DNA of 64,000 nucleotides from Candidatus Latescibacterota bacterium (GCA_965215195.1 CBDCDC010000002.1:3968001-4032000), one strand, 5' to 3'. Positions 52,137 to 60,967 are shown, numbered from the stretch's first letter. Notes: generated from the sequence alone by a model not told the origin. Program-made: numbers and translations.

Positions 52137-53072
52137 ATGGGGCAGAAGAAGACCAGATTTAAGCTGCTTGCCATAGGCTTAGGCGTGGTTGCTCTCTTGG
52201 TTGGGGGCAAAATGTATGTCGATCATGCCGAACAGTCGGCGTTGGAGCAGCAGCGTCAGGAGCAGGCATTTGTCGAAGAGGTGGGGCGCATGCCCGATCC
52301 GCAGGAGAAGACCGACCTGCACGTTGCAGCGAGACTGAACCTACCCGTGCTGACTAGATCCCTGTTGGCTGGGGGCGCGGATGTCCACGCCAAAGACAGC
52401 AAGGGCCGGACGCCGCTGCACGTAGCGGCGAGTGTTGATACTTCTACGACAGCGGCAGTGTTGCTGGCTGGGGGCGCGGATGTCCACGCCAAAGACCCCA
52501 AGGGCCAGACGCCGCTGCACGTGGCGGCATTGAGGGATGCTTCTGCGACAGCGGCGGTGTTGTTAGCTGAGGGCGCGGATGTCCACGCCAAAGACCCCAA
52601 GGGCCGGACGCCACTGCACGTAGCGGCGAATGTTGATGCTTCTGCGGCGGCGGCGGTGTTGTTAGCTGAGGGCGCGGATGTCCACGCCAAAGACAGCTAT
52701 GGCTTTACCCCGTTGCACGTGGCGGCGGCTTCTGCGAGAGTGGCGGTAGTGCTGACTGAGGGGGCGGATGTCCGCGCCAAAGCCAGCAAGGGCCGGCCGC
52801 GGCCGCGCTTGGCGGCGTTGGGGGATGCTTCTGCGACAGCGGAGTTATTGCTGGCGCGGGGGGCGGATGTCGATGCCAAAACCAACAATGGCGACACGCC
52901 GCTGCATTTGGCGACGTTGCGGGATGCCTCTGCGACGGCGGAGTTATTGCTGGCGCGGGGGGCGGATGTCGATGCCAAAACCAACAATGGCGACACACCG
53001 CTGCATTTGGCGACGTTGGGGAATGCTTCTGCGACGGCCGAGGTGTTGCGCCGTTACGGTGCGCGAGAGTGA
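52137..53072 (+). CDS. Membrane-anchored ankyrin-repeat protein
   Basis: N-terminal TM helix, then about 7 near-identical 99-bp ankyrin units. Confidence 0.95.
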   Translation: MGQKKTRFKLLAIGLGVVALLVGGKMYVDHAEQSALEQQRQEQAFVEEVGRMPDPQEKTDLHVAARLNLPVLTRSLLAGGADVHAKDSKGRTPLHVAASVDTSTTAAVLLAGGADVHAKDPKGQTPLHVAALRDASATAAVLLAEGADVHAKDPKGRTPLHVAANVDASAAAAVLLAEGADVHAKDSYGFTPLHVAAASARVAVVLTEGADVRAKASKGRPRPRLAALGDASATAELLLARGADVDAKTNNGDTPLHLATLRDASATAELLLARGADVDAKTNNGDTPLHLATLGNASATAEVLRRYGARE

Positions 53073-53091
53073 GATACGCTGACTTTTGAAC

Positions 53092-53222
53092 CTTACTACA
53101 CGCCACCAGCCCTCAGCCGGCCAAGGATCGAGGGCATCTTGCCCTCGATCCCGGACCCATCGGAAACAGCAGAAAAGGCGTACTCAAAGTAAGGGCGCCT
53201 ACTTTAGGTGTCGTGTACTAAG
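53092..53222. mobile_element. MITE copy 2 (131 bp)
   Basis: IRs CTTACTACACGCCACC / GGTGTCGTGTACTAAG; TSD CTTTTGAAC (53083-53091 and 53223-53231). Confidence 0.85.
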
Positions 53223-53379
53223 CTTTTGAACTAAAAGCCTGCGCCCGTGAAAACGGGTGGCGCGGTGAAGCCGGCGGACGTGAGAAGGACGATTCGAGGG
53301 CCGCCGCACCTTGGGACGGGAAGCGAGACCGCGGCGAGCCCAAGTGCGCACCATCAGTGAATAATTCGGCGAAGAGCTT

Positions 53380-55551
53380 ATGAACAACGAACAGCATCGC
53401 TTGGCGCTGCCGCAGGGGACGCGCATCCGGGACTTTGAGTTTCACCGCGTCCTCGGCCACGGCGGGTTTGGCATCACCTATCTGGGATGGAACATGGCCT
53501 TGGATATTCCCGTGGCGATCAAGGAGTATCTGCCGGCCGACTTGGCTACCCGCGAGCAGGACTTGTCGGTCGTGCCGCAGACGACGCAGGCGGCGTCGGA
53601 TTTCCAATGGGGCTTGGAGCGGTTTTTGGACGAAGCGCGTACGCTGGCGCGCTTTCAGCACCCCAACATCGTCCGCGTCCATCACTTCTTTGAAGCGCAC
53701 AGCACGGCGTATATCGCAATGGACTATGTGGAGGGGGAGGACTTGTCGGCGTATTTGACGCGCAAGGGGCCGCTGCGCGAAGACGAGCTAAAGGGTATTC
53801 TGGATCCGCTGTTGAGTGCCTTAGAAGTGGTGCATAGAGCGGACTTTCTGCATCGGGACATCAAGCCGGGCAACATCGTCCTGCGCGATTCGGATGGCTC
53901 GCCGGTGTTGTTGGACTTTGGTGCGGCGCGGCAGGCGATTGGGGCGAAGAGCCGCTCGGTGACGTCGATTGTAACGCCGGGATATGCGCCGATAGAGCAG
54001 TATTCGAGTCGGGGTCGTCAGGGTGCATGGACGGATATTTATGCGTTGGGCGGGGTGTGCTATCGGGCGTTGACGGGTCAGGTGCCGGACGATGCGACGG
54101 ATCGGGTGCGTCATGATCCGCTGGTTCCGGTGTCTGAGCGGTGTGCGGGTCAAGCCAGTCCAGCGTTTCTTGCGGCGATCGATGCGGCGTTGGCAGTGGA
54201 TGAGGAGGATCGTCCGCCGAGTGTGGGGGCATGGCGGGCGATGCTGGCGGCAGATGCGGCGGATGTGCAGGAACGGGCGACGTTGGAGCAACCGCGTCGG
54301 GAGGCACAAGCCGAACAGCAGCGTCGGGAACAGCAGCGCGAGGAGAGGCAGCGGCAGGAGGAACGGGCGCGTGTGGAGCCGGCCGCGCCGCCCTCGGCAC
54401 CGCAGAAGCAGCCCAGCTACAAGCGGCTTGCCGTAGTCTTGGGCGTGGTTATTGCTCTGTTGGTTGGGGGCAAACTGTATGTTGATCACGTCGAACAGGT
54501 CGCGTTGGAGAAGCAGCGTCAGGCCGAACAAGCCGCCGAAGCCGCCCGAGTCGCCGCCGAGCAAGCCGCCAAACAGCGCCAGGCCGAACAAGCCGCCGAA
54601 GCCGCCCGAGTCGCCGCCGAGCAAGCCGCCAAACAGCGTCGGGCCGAGCAAGCCGCCGAAGCGGCCCGAGTCGCCGCCGAGCAAGCCGCCAAACAGCGTC
54701 AGGCCGAGCAAGCCGCCGAAGCGGCCCGAGTCGCCGCCGAGCAAGCCGAAAAACAGCGTCAGGCCGAGCAAGCCGCCGAAGCGGCCCGAGTCGCCGCCGA
54801 GCAGGCGGCGTTGGAAGAAGAGCGCAAGAGTGGCAAGGTGGTTTCGCTTCCGGGGGGTGGGGAGATGGCGTTTGTTTGGATCGCGCCGGGTGTATTTCAG
54901 ATGGGGTCGCCGGCTTCGGAAGAGGGTCAGGAAAATAATGAAGGGCCGGTGCATGAGGTGGAGATTAGCGCGGGGTTTTGGTTGGGTCAATACGAGGTTA
55001 CGCAGGGTCAGTGGGCGTCGGTGATGAGGGCGCGGCCTTGGCTTGGTAAGAAGAACGTTGTAGAGAATTCATCTCATCCGGCGGTGTATATCTCATGGCA
55101 TGATGTGCAGAGATTTATTGGTCGGTTGAATAAGGCGGCGGGGGCTTCGTTGTATCGGTTGCCTTCGGAGGCGGAGTGGGAGTATGCGTGTCGAGCGGGT
55201 ACATCGACTCGTTGGTCGTTTGGGGATGCCGAGAGGCAACTGACGGATTATGCGTGGTATGATGCTAATGCTTGGGATGCTCATGCGGTGGGTCTGAAGC
55301 GTCCTAACCCTTGGGGTTTGTATGACATGCATGGGAATGTGTCGGAGTGGGTTCAGGACAGGTATAGTAAGCGCTATTATAATAGCTCGCCTCGGGTTGA
55401 CCCCCGGGGGCCTTCATCCGGTGCCGATCGCGTCGTCCAGGGCGGCTCCTTCTACAGTTCCGCCCAAGCCGCGCGGTCGGCGTTTCGCTACGGCCTCTCG
55501 CCCGACGCCCGCTACGCCACCGTTGGTGTGCGCCTTCTCAGGATTCGTTAA
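53380..55551 (+). CDS. Ser/Thr protein kinase - TM - coiled-coil stalk - FGE-sulfatase (C-type-lectin fold) protein
   Basis: GHGGFG, VAIKE, HRDIKPGN, DFG, YAPIEQ; TM near residue 350; FQMGS, YEVTQGQW, RLPSEAEWEYACRAG, NPWGLYDMHGNVSEW. Confidence 0.93.
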   Translation: MNNEQHRLALPQGTRIRDFEFHRVLGHGGFGITYLGWNMALDIPVAIKEYLPADLATREQDLSVVPQTTQAASDFQWGLERFLDEARTLARFQHPNIVRVHHFFEAHSTAYIAMDYVEGEDLSAYLTRKGPLREDELKGILDPLLSALEVVHRADFLHRDIKPGNIVLRDSDGSPVLLDFGAARQAIGAKSRSVTSIVTPGYAPIEQYSSRGRQGAWTDIYALGGVCYRALTGQVPDDATDRVRHDPLVPVSERCAGQASPAFLAAIDAALAVDEEDRPPSVGAWRAMLAADAADVQERATLEQPRREAQAEQQRREQQREERQRQEERARVEPAAPPSAPQKQPSYKRLAVVLGVVIALLVGGKLYVDHVEQVALEKQRQAEQAAEAARVAAEQAAKQRQAEQAAEAARVAAEQAAKQRRAEQAAEAARVAAEQAAKQRQAEQAAEAARVAAEQAEKQRQAEQAAEAARVAAEQAALEEERKSGKVVSLPGGGEMAFVWIAPGVFQMGSPASEEGQENNEGPVHEVEISAGFWLGQYEVTQGQWASVMRARPWLGKKNVVENSSHPAVYISWHDVQRFIGRLNKAAGASLYRLPSEAEWEYACRAGTSTRWSFGDAERQLTDYAWYDANAWDAHAVGLKRPNPWGLYDMHGNVSEWVQDRYSKRYYNSSPRVDPRGPSSGADRVVQGGSFYSSAQAARSAFRYGLSPDARYATVGVRLLRIR
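54514..54803 (+). repeat. 60-bp tandem repeat, about 5 copies (QRQAEQAAEAARVAAEQAAK)
   Basis: Consecutive 60-nt lines 54541-54800 are near-identical. Confidence 0.97.
55415..55551 (+). other. Putative DGR variable region
   Basis: In RVVQGGSFYSSAQAARSAFRYGLSPDARYATVG the positions that vary in DGR C-lectin targets use NNC/NNT codons; codon style changes sharply from upstream. Confidence 0.6.
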
Positions 55552-55675
55552 CCCTTTAGCCCTTTTACCCTTGGCGGGCCTCACGCGATTCCCGAGCGTT
55601 TCGCCCTAGCGGCTTGGCCGATGCCGTAAACGTGATAGTTTCTAAGTAGCCCCCACCCCCAGCAAGGAGCAAGCC

Positions 55676-55906
55676 ATGACCGAGCAACCCCTAACACAAG
55701 CCCAAGACCACGACCGGCGTATTGGCCGGTTAGAAGGAATCGCCGAGCAGTTAGACCGCCGCTTGGACAGTATTGAGCGGGCGATTGGGGAACTACGGCA
55801 GGAGATGGCCGCGCTCAATCGCCGCCTCGACGTTCAATTCCGCTGGTTCATCGGCATCCAGTTCGGCGTTGTCGGCCTGCTTATCAGCATCCTGTTAAAG
55901 GGCTAA
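55676..55906 (+). CDS. Small coiled-coil protein with C-terminal TM anchor, paralog 1 (DUF1640/XhlA-like architecture)
   Basis: RBS AAGGAG; heptad repeat followed by RWFIGIQFGVVGLLISILL. Confidence 0.85.
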   Translation: MTEQPLTQAQDHDRRIGRLEGIAEQLDRRLDSIERAIGELRQEMAALNRRLDVQFRWFIGIQFGVVGLLISILLKG

Positions 55907-56026
55907 CCCATCACCCACCCCGGCTGGCCCATGGGCTGGCCGGGGCCGTTTTAGTACCTTCCGATCCGCTTCTCATTGGATAATCACTCACAGACAAGGG
56001 ACAATTTGTGAGCGAAGAGCAACAAC

Positions 56027-57678
56027 CTATCCCGTACGCAGTGTTGCCACCCGATCCAGCTTTTCCACGACTTCCGGGTGGATTTCGTCGGGTCGCATCG
56101 CGGCGGCCAGCAGATACAAGTCCCGCTTAGGCGTGGGTGCGAGTAGCGGCACGAGGAACTCGTCACTGGCCTTGACGCGCACCAGCGAGACGTGATCCCC
56201 AAATAGGTCGGTCCCGCGAGGAACCTGTCGCCAAAACGCCTCTTCCACCGACTTTTCCACCAACGGGAAGTTGGCGAACCGCTTGATCGCCTCGGGCTGC
56301 AACAGATAGTTCTCGATCTCGTAGCGACGCCAGCGCAAGACCACGAGGCCAGCACGGCTGGTCTCCTCGTCCGGTTCGTCGCGGTTGTCGCCATCGAGCA
56401 GGCACAGGGCCGGCAGCCCGGGAAAGGCGGCCTGCATGGCGAAGAAGTGATCTCGGGCTTCGCGCAGACTGCGACCGCCGAGCGGGCGCACAAACGGCCG
56501 CTCAAAGAAGGTCCGCGCCGGATGCTGGAGAATGCGCGCCCACTCACCCAAGATTCGCTCGTCTGTCTCCCCTTCAACGTAGAGCACTGCGCCGACCTCG
56601 CGGCCCAATAGGAGATCAGTGGTGGTCAGACGCTTGAGGGCTTCGCGCAGTTGATTGCGCTGGATTTCGCCGATAAGTGGACGGGGCGATTCACTAAAAA
56701 ATCCGAGCACCCGCGTCGGCTCAGTGGCGTCGAGGACGACCTCGGAATGCGTGGCAATGAGCACTTGACCGCCGCGTTCGCGGGCCACCTTGCGAATCAG
56801 ATCGTACACCTGTCGTTGCAGGATGACGTGCTGATGGGCGTCCGGCTCGTCGAGCAGGATGACGGCCGCCGGGCGGGCGTAGAGGAATGCCAGCAGCAGG
56901 AGTACTTGTAGGGTGCCGCTGCCGGCGTTGGACAAATCGAGGGGCCTATCGCGGTCCGGCTCGCGGTACTCGCAGACGATGTACGGTTGGGCCGGAGCGT
57001 ACGATGGCGCGAGCACTTCGATTTGAAAGAGGGTGCGGATGTGCTCGGCGAGTAGCCGCCAGTTTTCCGGGCTGTTTTCGGAAATTTCCCACAGCAGATT
57101 GCGCAGAATCTCGCCCGGCCGCCCCTGACCCACGAGCAGATCTTGCATCCCTCGGTCGCGCCGCGGCTCGTCTCGCTCAATACCGGCGAGAGGCGGAACG
57201 TGAACGATGTCGAGTTCCCGGGCCGTTAGGGGTGGGAACGCCCGAATGGCTTCCGGATCGAGATTTTTGGCCCCTGCGGACGCGCATGTACCACTTCGGG
57301 ATTGGAGTACTGGAATTCGATTCCGCACGTCCAGTCCTCCTTGCCTTTTGTGCCCTCCACGACGATTTCGATCAGCCGCCGAGTTCCCGACATACCGCGC
57401 GGGCCGGTGACCTTCCGTCCCTCCCACAATAGATTCATCTCGCGCAGCGGCACGGCCGTGAAGTCGGCGCGGGTTATGGCCACGCCGGAGCGCTTGACCG
57501 CCCGGCCCCCCTCGCGCTGGGCGAGCCAGCGGTCGAGCCCGAGCTTCCACGTTGCAATGGCCTGTAGCAGGGTGGACTTCCCGGCATTGTTGGGGCCGGC
57601 GAGCACCACCGACGCGGCCAACTCAAACGTCTGCTCGCGAAAACGCTTGAACTTTCTGATAGTAATGCGCCGGATCAT
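56027..57678 (-). pseudogene. ABC/AAA ATPase with TOPRIM-like C-terminus (OLD-like), frameshifted at 57271-57274
   Basis: GPNNAGKS, GSGTLQ, LLDEPDAH, IATHS, YVEGETD, LDGD, YEIENY; one extra G in the GGGG run joins the two ORFs. Confidence 0.75.
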
Positions 57679-57950
57679 TTGTACCTCGGTATTGCTTATT
57701 GATCTTCTCCACCCCGTAATATACCCGCCATTCCCCCGCCTTCAACCATCTTAAAATCAATGCGAGGTAGCTGCGGGAAAAAGGCCAACCTTCGCTGGGG
57801 CACAAGGCAGCTTGAGGATAGTGGGCACAGCGCACGTCTGATTGTTGATGCGGTAGAATAGGGCTATTACAAACTGATAGCGGCGCGACGCCGTTAGTCG
57901 AACCCCACCGGCCGGAGCACAAGGTCCCGGCCCACCGCAAGGGGCAAGCC

Positions 57951-58175
57951 ATGACCGAGCAACCCCTAACACAAGCCCAAGACCACGACCGGCGTATTGG
58001 TCGCTTAGAAGGCATTGTCGAGCAGTTAGACCGCCGACTGGACAGCATCGAGCGGGCGATTGCCGAACTGCGTAGCGAAGTGCGCGCTTCAGTCCGCTGG
58101 CTCATCGGCATCCAGCTAGCCAGCCTAATCGCTATTGGCAGCCTGTTGTTCAGCATCTTGGGCAAGCTACCCTAA
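57951..58175 (+). CDS. Small coiled-coil/TM protein, paralog 2
   Basis: N-terminus MTEQPLTQAQDHDRRIGRLEGI identical to paralog 1. Confidence 0.85.
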   Translation: MTEQPLTQAQDHDRRIGRLEGIVEQLDRRLDSIERAIAELRSEVRASVRWLIGIQLASLIAIGSLLFSILGKLP

Positions 58176-58235
58176 CTCATCACCCTGTATGAACCAGAGC
58201 CCTCAAGATGGATCGACTTCAAGGTAAGGAGATAG
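58176..58235 (+). pseudogene. C-terminal remnant of a DUF4258-type toxin
   Basis: LITLYEPEPSRWIDFKVRR* directly upstream of a YgiT-type gene; begins at the base after the paralog 2 stop. Confidence 0.6.
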
Positions 58236-58239
58236 GACG

Positions 58240-58476
58240 ATGCCTGAAGACAGCGCATGGAACGAGACGCTGATTAAAAAAAACGTGCCGTACCACATTG
58301 AGTTCGCTGGGCGGCTCTTCCTCATCGAGAATGTCCCGGCGTGCGTCAACGTCGAGACGGGTGAGCGGCACTTCTCACCGGAGACCGTTGAGCGCTTGCA
58401 GCAAGCGGTGTGGGAGCAATGCCGTCCCGTCCGCACCATTGAGACCCCGGTTTACGAATATGCCACTCTGGCCTGA
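58240..58476 (+). CDS. YgiT-type zinc-finger (MqsA-N-like) antitoxin
   Basis: IENVPACVNVETGERHFSPETVERLQ...PVYEY. Confidence 0.85.
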   Translation: MPEDSAWNETLIKKNVPYHIEFAGRLFLIENVPACVNVETGERHFSPETVERLQQAVWEQCRPVRTIETPVYEYATLA

Positions 58477-58735
58477 AGAATCGGGGTGCATGGCTTCTGA
58501 AACGATTGGAGGGACGATGAACGACGAAGAGCAGCGGCGTAGGGAGCAGGCCGCACAGAGGCCGCCGCGCCTGTTGCCGACCGCATCGACTCGCTGACGG
58601 CCCGCCTTGCCTACCAGCTTGACAAGGCCGAGCAGCCCCAAGGCTTGGCCGACGCCGTAAACGTGATAGTTTCTGAGTAGCCACCATCCCCACCGGCCGG
58701 GGCATAAGGCCCCAGCCCATCGCAAGGAGCAAGCC

Positions 58736-58972
58736 ATGACCGAGCAACCCCAACCTCTAACGCAAGCCCAAGACCATGACCGGCGTATTGGCCGGTTGGA
58801 AGGCATTATCGAGCAGTTAGACCGCCGCTTGGACAGCATTGAGCGGGCGATTGGGGAACTACGGCAGGAGATCGCCGTGCTCAATCGCCGCCTCGATGTT
58901 CAATTCCGCTGGCTTATCGGCATCCAGTTCGGCGTTGTCGGCCTGCTTATCAGCATCCTGTTGAAGGGCTAA
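58736..58972 (+). CDS. Small coiled-coil/TM protein, paralog 3
   Basis: Nearly identical to paralog 1, including flanking DNA. Confidence 0.87.
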   Translation: MTEQPQPLTQAQDHDRRIGRLEGIIEQLDRRLDSIERAIGELRQEIAVLNRRLDVQFRWLIGIQFGVVGLLISILLKG

Positions 58973-58974
58973 CC

Positions 58975-59110
58975 CTTACTACACGACACCAGCCCTCAGC
59001 CTTCCAAGGATCGAGGGCATCTTGCCCTCGTCGAGGGCGGGACGCCCTCGATCCCGGACACATCGGAAACAGCAGAAAATGCGTACTCAAAGTAAGGGTC
59101 GCGTACTTAG
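58975..59110. mobile_element. MITE copy 3 (136 bp)
   Basis: Ends CTTACTACACGAC / GTCGCGTACTTAG; TSD GGGCTAACC (58966-58974 and 59111-59119); the homologous site near 55900 is empty. Confidence 0.9.
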
Positions 59111-59179
59111 GGGCTAACCCATCACCCGCCCCGGCTGGCCCTTGTGCTGGCCGGGGCCGAGCCAACGAAAGGAACCATC

Positions 59180-59422
59180 ATGCAGCAGCCCCCCGAAGTC
59201 AACCCCAACCCCGTGCAAGTGGAGTTGTCCAAGCGGTTAGACAGCATTGAGTGCCGCCTCGACCGCATGGAGACCCACCAACGCGAGGCCATAGCCGCCT
59301 TGCGGCAGAAAATAACCACCTTGCGGCAGGAAATGAACCGCAATGTGCGTTGGATAATCGGCGTTCAGCTCACCACCCTGATCGCGCTGGGTACGCTGAT
59401 TTTGTCCCGCTTGCCCAAGTAG
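59180..59422 (+). CDS. Small coiled-coil/TM protein, divergent paralog 4
   Basis: RLDSIE...LRQEMNRNVRWIIGVQLTTLIALGTLIL; RBS AAGGA. Confidence 0.8.
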   Translation: MQQPPEVNPNPVQVELSKRLDSIECRLDRMETHQREAIAALRQKITTLRQEMNRNVRWIIGVQLTTLIALGTLILSRLPK

Positions 59423-59477
59423 CCCACCACTTTAGTCCCCGGTTGGCCTTTGTGGTGGCCAAGGCAAGGAGCAAGCC

Positions 59478-59647
59478 ATGACCGAGCATCCCCAACCCCT
59501 AACGCAAGCCCAAGACCACGACCGCCACATTGGCCGCTTGAAAGGCATTGTCGAGCAGTTAGACACCGATTGGACGGCATAGAACGCCGCATCGACAGCG
59601 TAGAGCGAGCCATTGCCGATCTCAGCCCCAGCACCGGCAGGACATGA
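59478..59647 (+). pseudogene. Small coiled-coil protein, paralog 5 (frameshifted, TM lost)
   Basis: MTEHPQPLTQAQDHDRHIGRLKGIVEQLD, then a frameshift into RLDGIERRIDSVERAIADL. Confidence 0.8.
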
Positions 59648-59687
59648 CCCACCTACAACCGCCGCATAGATACCGGCATCTTTTTTG

Positions 59688-59716
59688 TTGACACGTTGTC
59701 TTAATGGGGGTATTGT
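59688..59716 (+). promoter_or_regulatory. Putative sigma70 promoter for the AT-rich cargo cluster
   Basis: TTGACA-17 nt-TATTGT. Confidence 0.55.
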
Positions 59717-60074
59717 AAACGGATGCAGTGTCCGTACGGTACGTTTTTTTGACCGGTTGGAGGCCGAAATAGAATATGGTTGATCATTCAATATCAGTAT
59801 CCGCAAGGGGCCTTGCTGCGGGCCTTGCTGCGGTGGCTAGGCCCTATGGTGCGCTTGGAGATGTCGCGGATTCAATGTGTCATAAGTCATTAGTCGGGTA
59901 GGTCCACGGCATCCTTATTTTTAAATCATCCAACGTTGCCTATAGTTCGGTTTCGCTGCTATGAGGACTGACGAATAAGCGTCAAAGTCGAATTCAACAA
60001 ATCGTTATGGAAATCGCCAAATTAGGCTGCATTCATGCTACTTGATTGGCGAAGGTATTGAAGGAGGGATCTCA

Positions 60075-60530
60075 ATGAAAGGTCAAATACTAAACTTCTC
60101 GATTCAGTCTAATTCTGGCACAATTTCGGGAGAGGATGGTGAGAGATATAATTTCGATGTATCCGCTTGGAAGGAGAATCGTCTCCCTGCTCGTGGTATG
60201 TCCGTCGATTTTTCGGTCGAAGGTAACCAAGCTAAGGAAATATACTTAGCTGCAAGCACGACCTCTTCAGAGAAAAACAGAATAGCAGCAGGACTTCTCG
60301 GTATCTTTTTAGGTGGTTTGGGTATCCATAAATTCTATCTCGGTTTCACGGGACCTGGACTGATTTTTTTGCTGGTTAATACTATTGGTTGGACAGTGAC
60401 TTGGATACTTCTGGGGATCCCGAATATAGTTCTTGGCGTAATCGGTTTTATTGAGGGAATCATATACCTGACAAAGTCTGATGAAGAGTTTGAACAAATC
60501 TACATCATTGAGAAGCGTAAATGGTTTTGA
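60075..60530 (+). CDS. TM2-domain protein with N-terminal cold-shock/OB-like domain
   Basis: MKGQILNF...GTISGEDGERYNF; KNRIAAGLLGIFLGGLGIHKFYLG; IEGIIYLTKSDEEF. Confidence 0.88.
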   Translation: MKGQILNFSIQSNSGTISGEDGERYNFDVSAWKENRLPARGMSVDFSVEGNQAKEIYLAASTTSSEKNRIAAGLLGIFLGGLGIHKFYLGFTGPGLIFLLVNTIGWTVTWILLGIPNIVLGVIGFIEGIIYLTKSDEEFEQIYIIEKRKWF

Positions 60531-60616
60531 TATACACAATGGGCTCAATCCATACACCATCCACTCATTAACCACTACCCACTTTCAGATGGTCGTCTGA
60601 CGAAAAGGAGAAAGAT

Positions 60617-60967
60617 ATGAGCTGGTATCTCGAAGTTCTCAAGAAGTACGCGGTGTTTGAGGGTAGAGCTAGACGGAAAGAGTATTGGTTCTTTAGCTTG
60701 TTTAACTACATCTTTATGGCATTGTCGTTTTTGATCGGCTTCGCCCTGTTCGGCTTTGAAGGCAGTAGTGTACTGTTCCTCATCTACGCCCTAGCCATCC
60801 TGATTCCAGCCATAGCTGTATCGGTACGGCGGCTTCACGATACCGGCCGCAGCGGTCGATCGCTGCTTCTCCTTCTGATTCCACTGGTCGGCGGAATTAT
60901 TTTCTTGGTTTTTACGCTGGAAGACGGCACCCCCGGTGAAAACCAGTACGGGCCAAACCCAAAGTAG
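60617..60967 (+). CDS. DUF805 (YhaH-like) inner membrane protein
   Basis: FEGRARRKEYW, AVSVRRLHDTGRSG, NQYGPNPK. Confidence 0.93.
   Translation: MSWYLEVLKKYAVFEGRARRKEYWFFSLFNYIFMALSFLIGFALFGFEGSSVLFLIYALAILIPAIAVSVRRLHDTGRSGRSLLLLLIPLVGGIIFLVFTLEDGTPGENQYGPNPK

Noticed and set aside
53236-53352. Cobalamin riboswitch or group II intron call
   Set aside because: GGGAAG and a TGCGCCCG start are present, but the B12-box context and intron domain V are not; kept only as an unassigned structure
54514-54803. Possible CRISPR array
   Set aside because: Repeats are contiguous, in frame and have no unique spacers
58517-58597. Tiny ORF MNDEEQRRREQAAQ with a good RBS
   Set aside because: Only 26 codons; probably a decayed gene start with no assignable family
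55552-59700. DGR template repeat or reverse transcriptase near the putative variable region
   Set aside because: No AAC-rich copy of the segment and no RT motifs seen anywhere in the window
59960-60610. CTGACGA hammerhead-like cores near 59968 and 60597
   Set aside because: No stem II/GAAA/stem III arrangement could be formed
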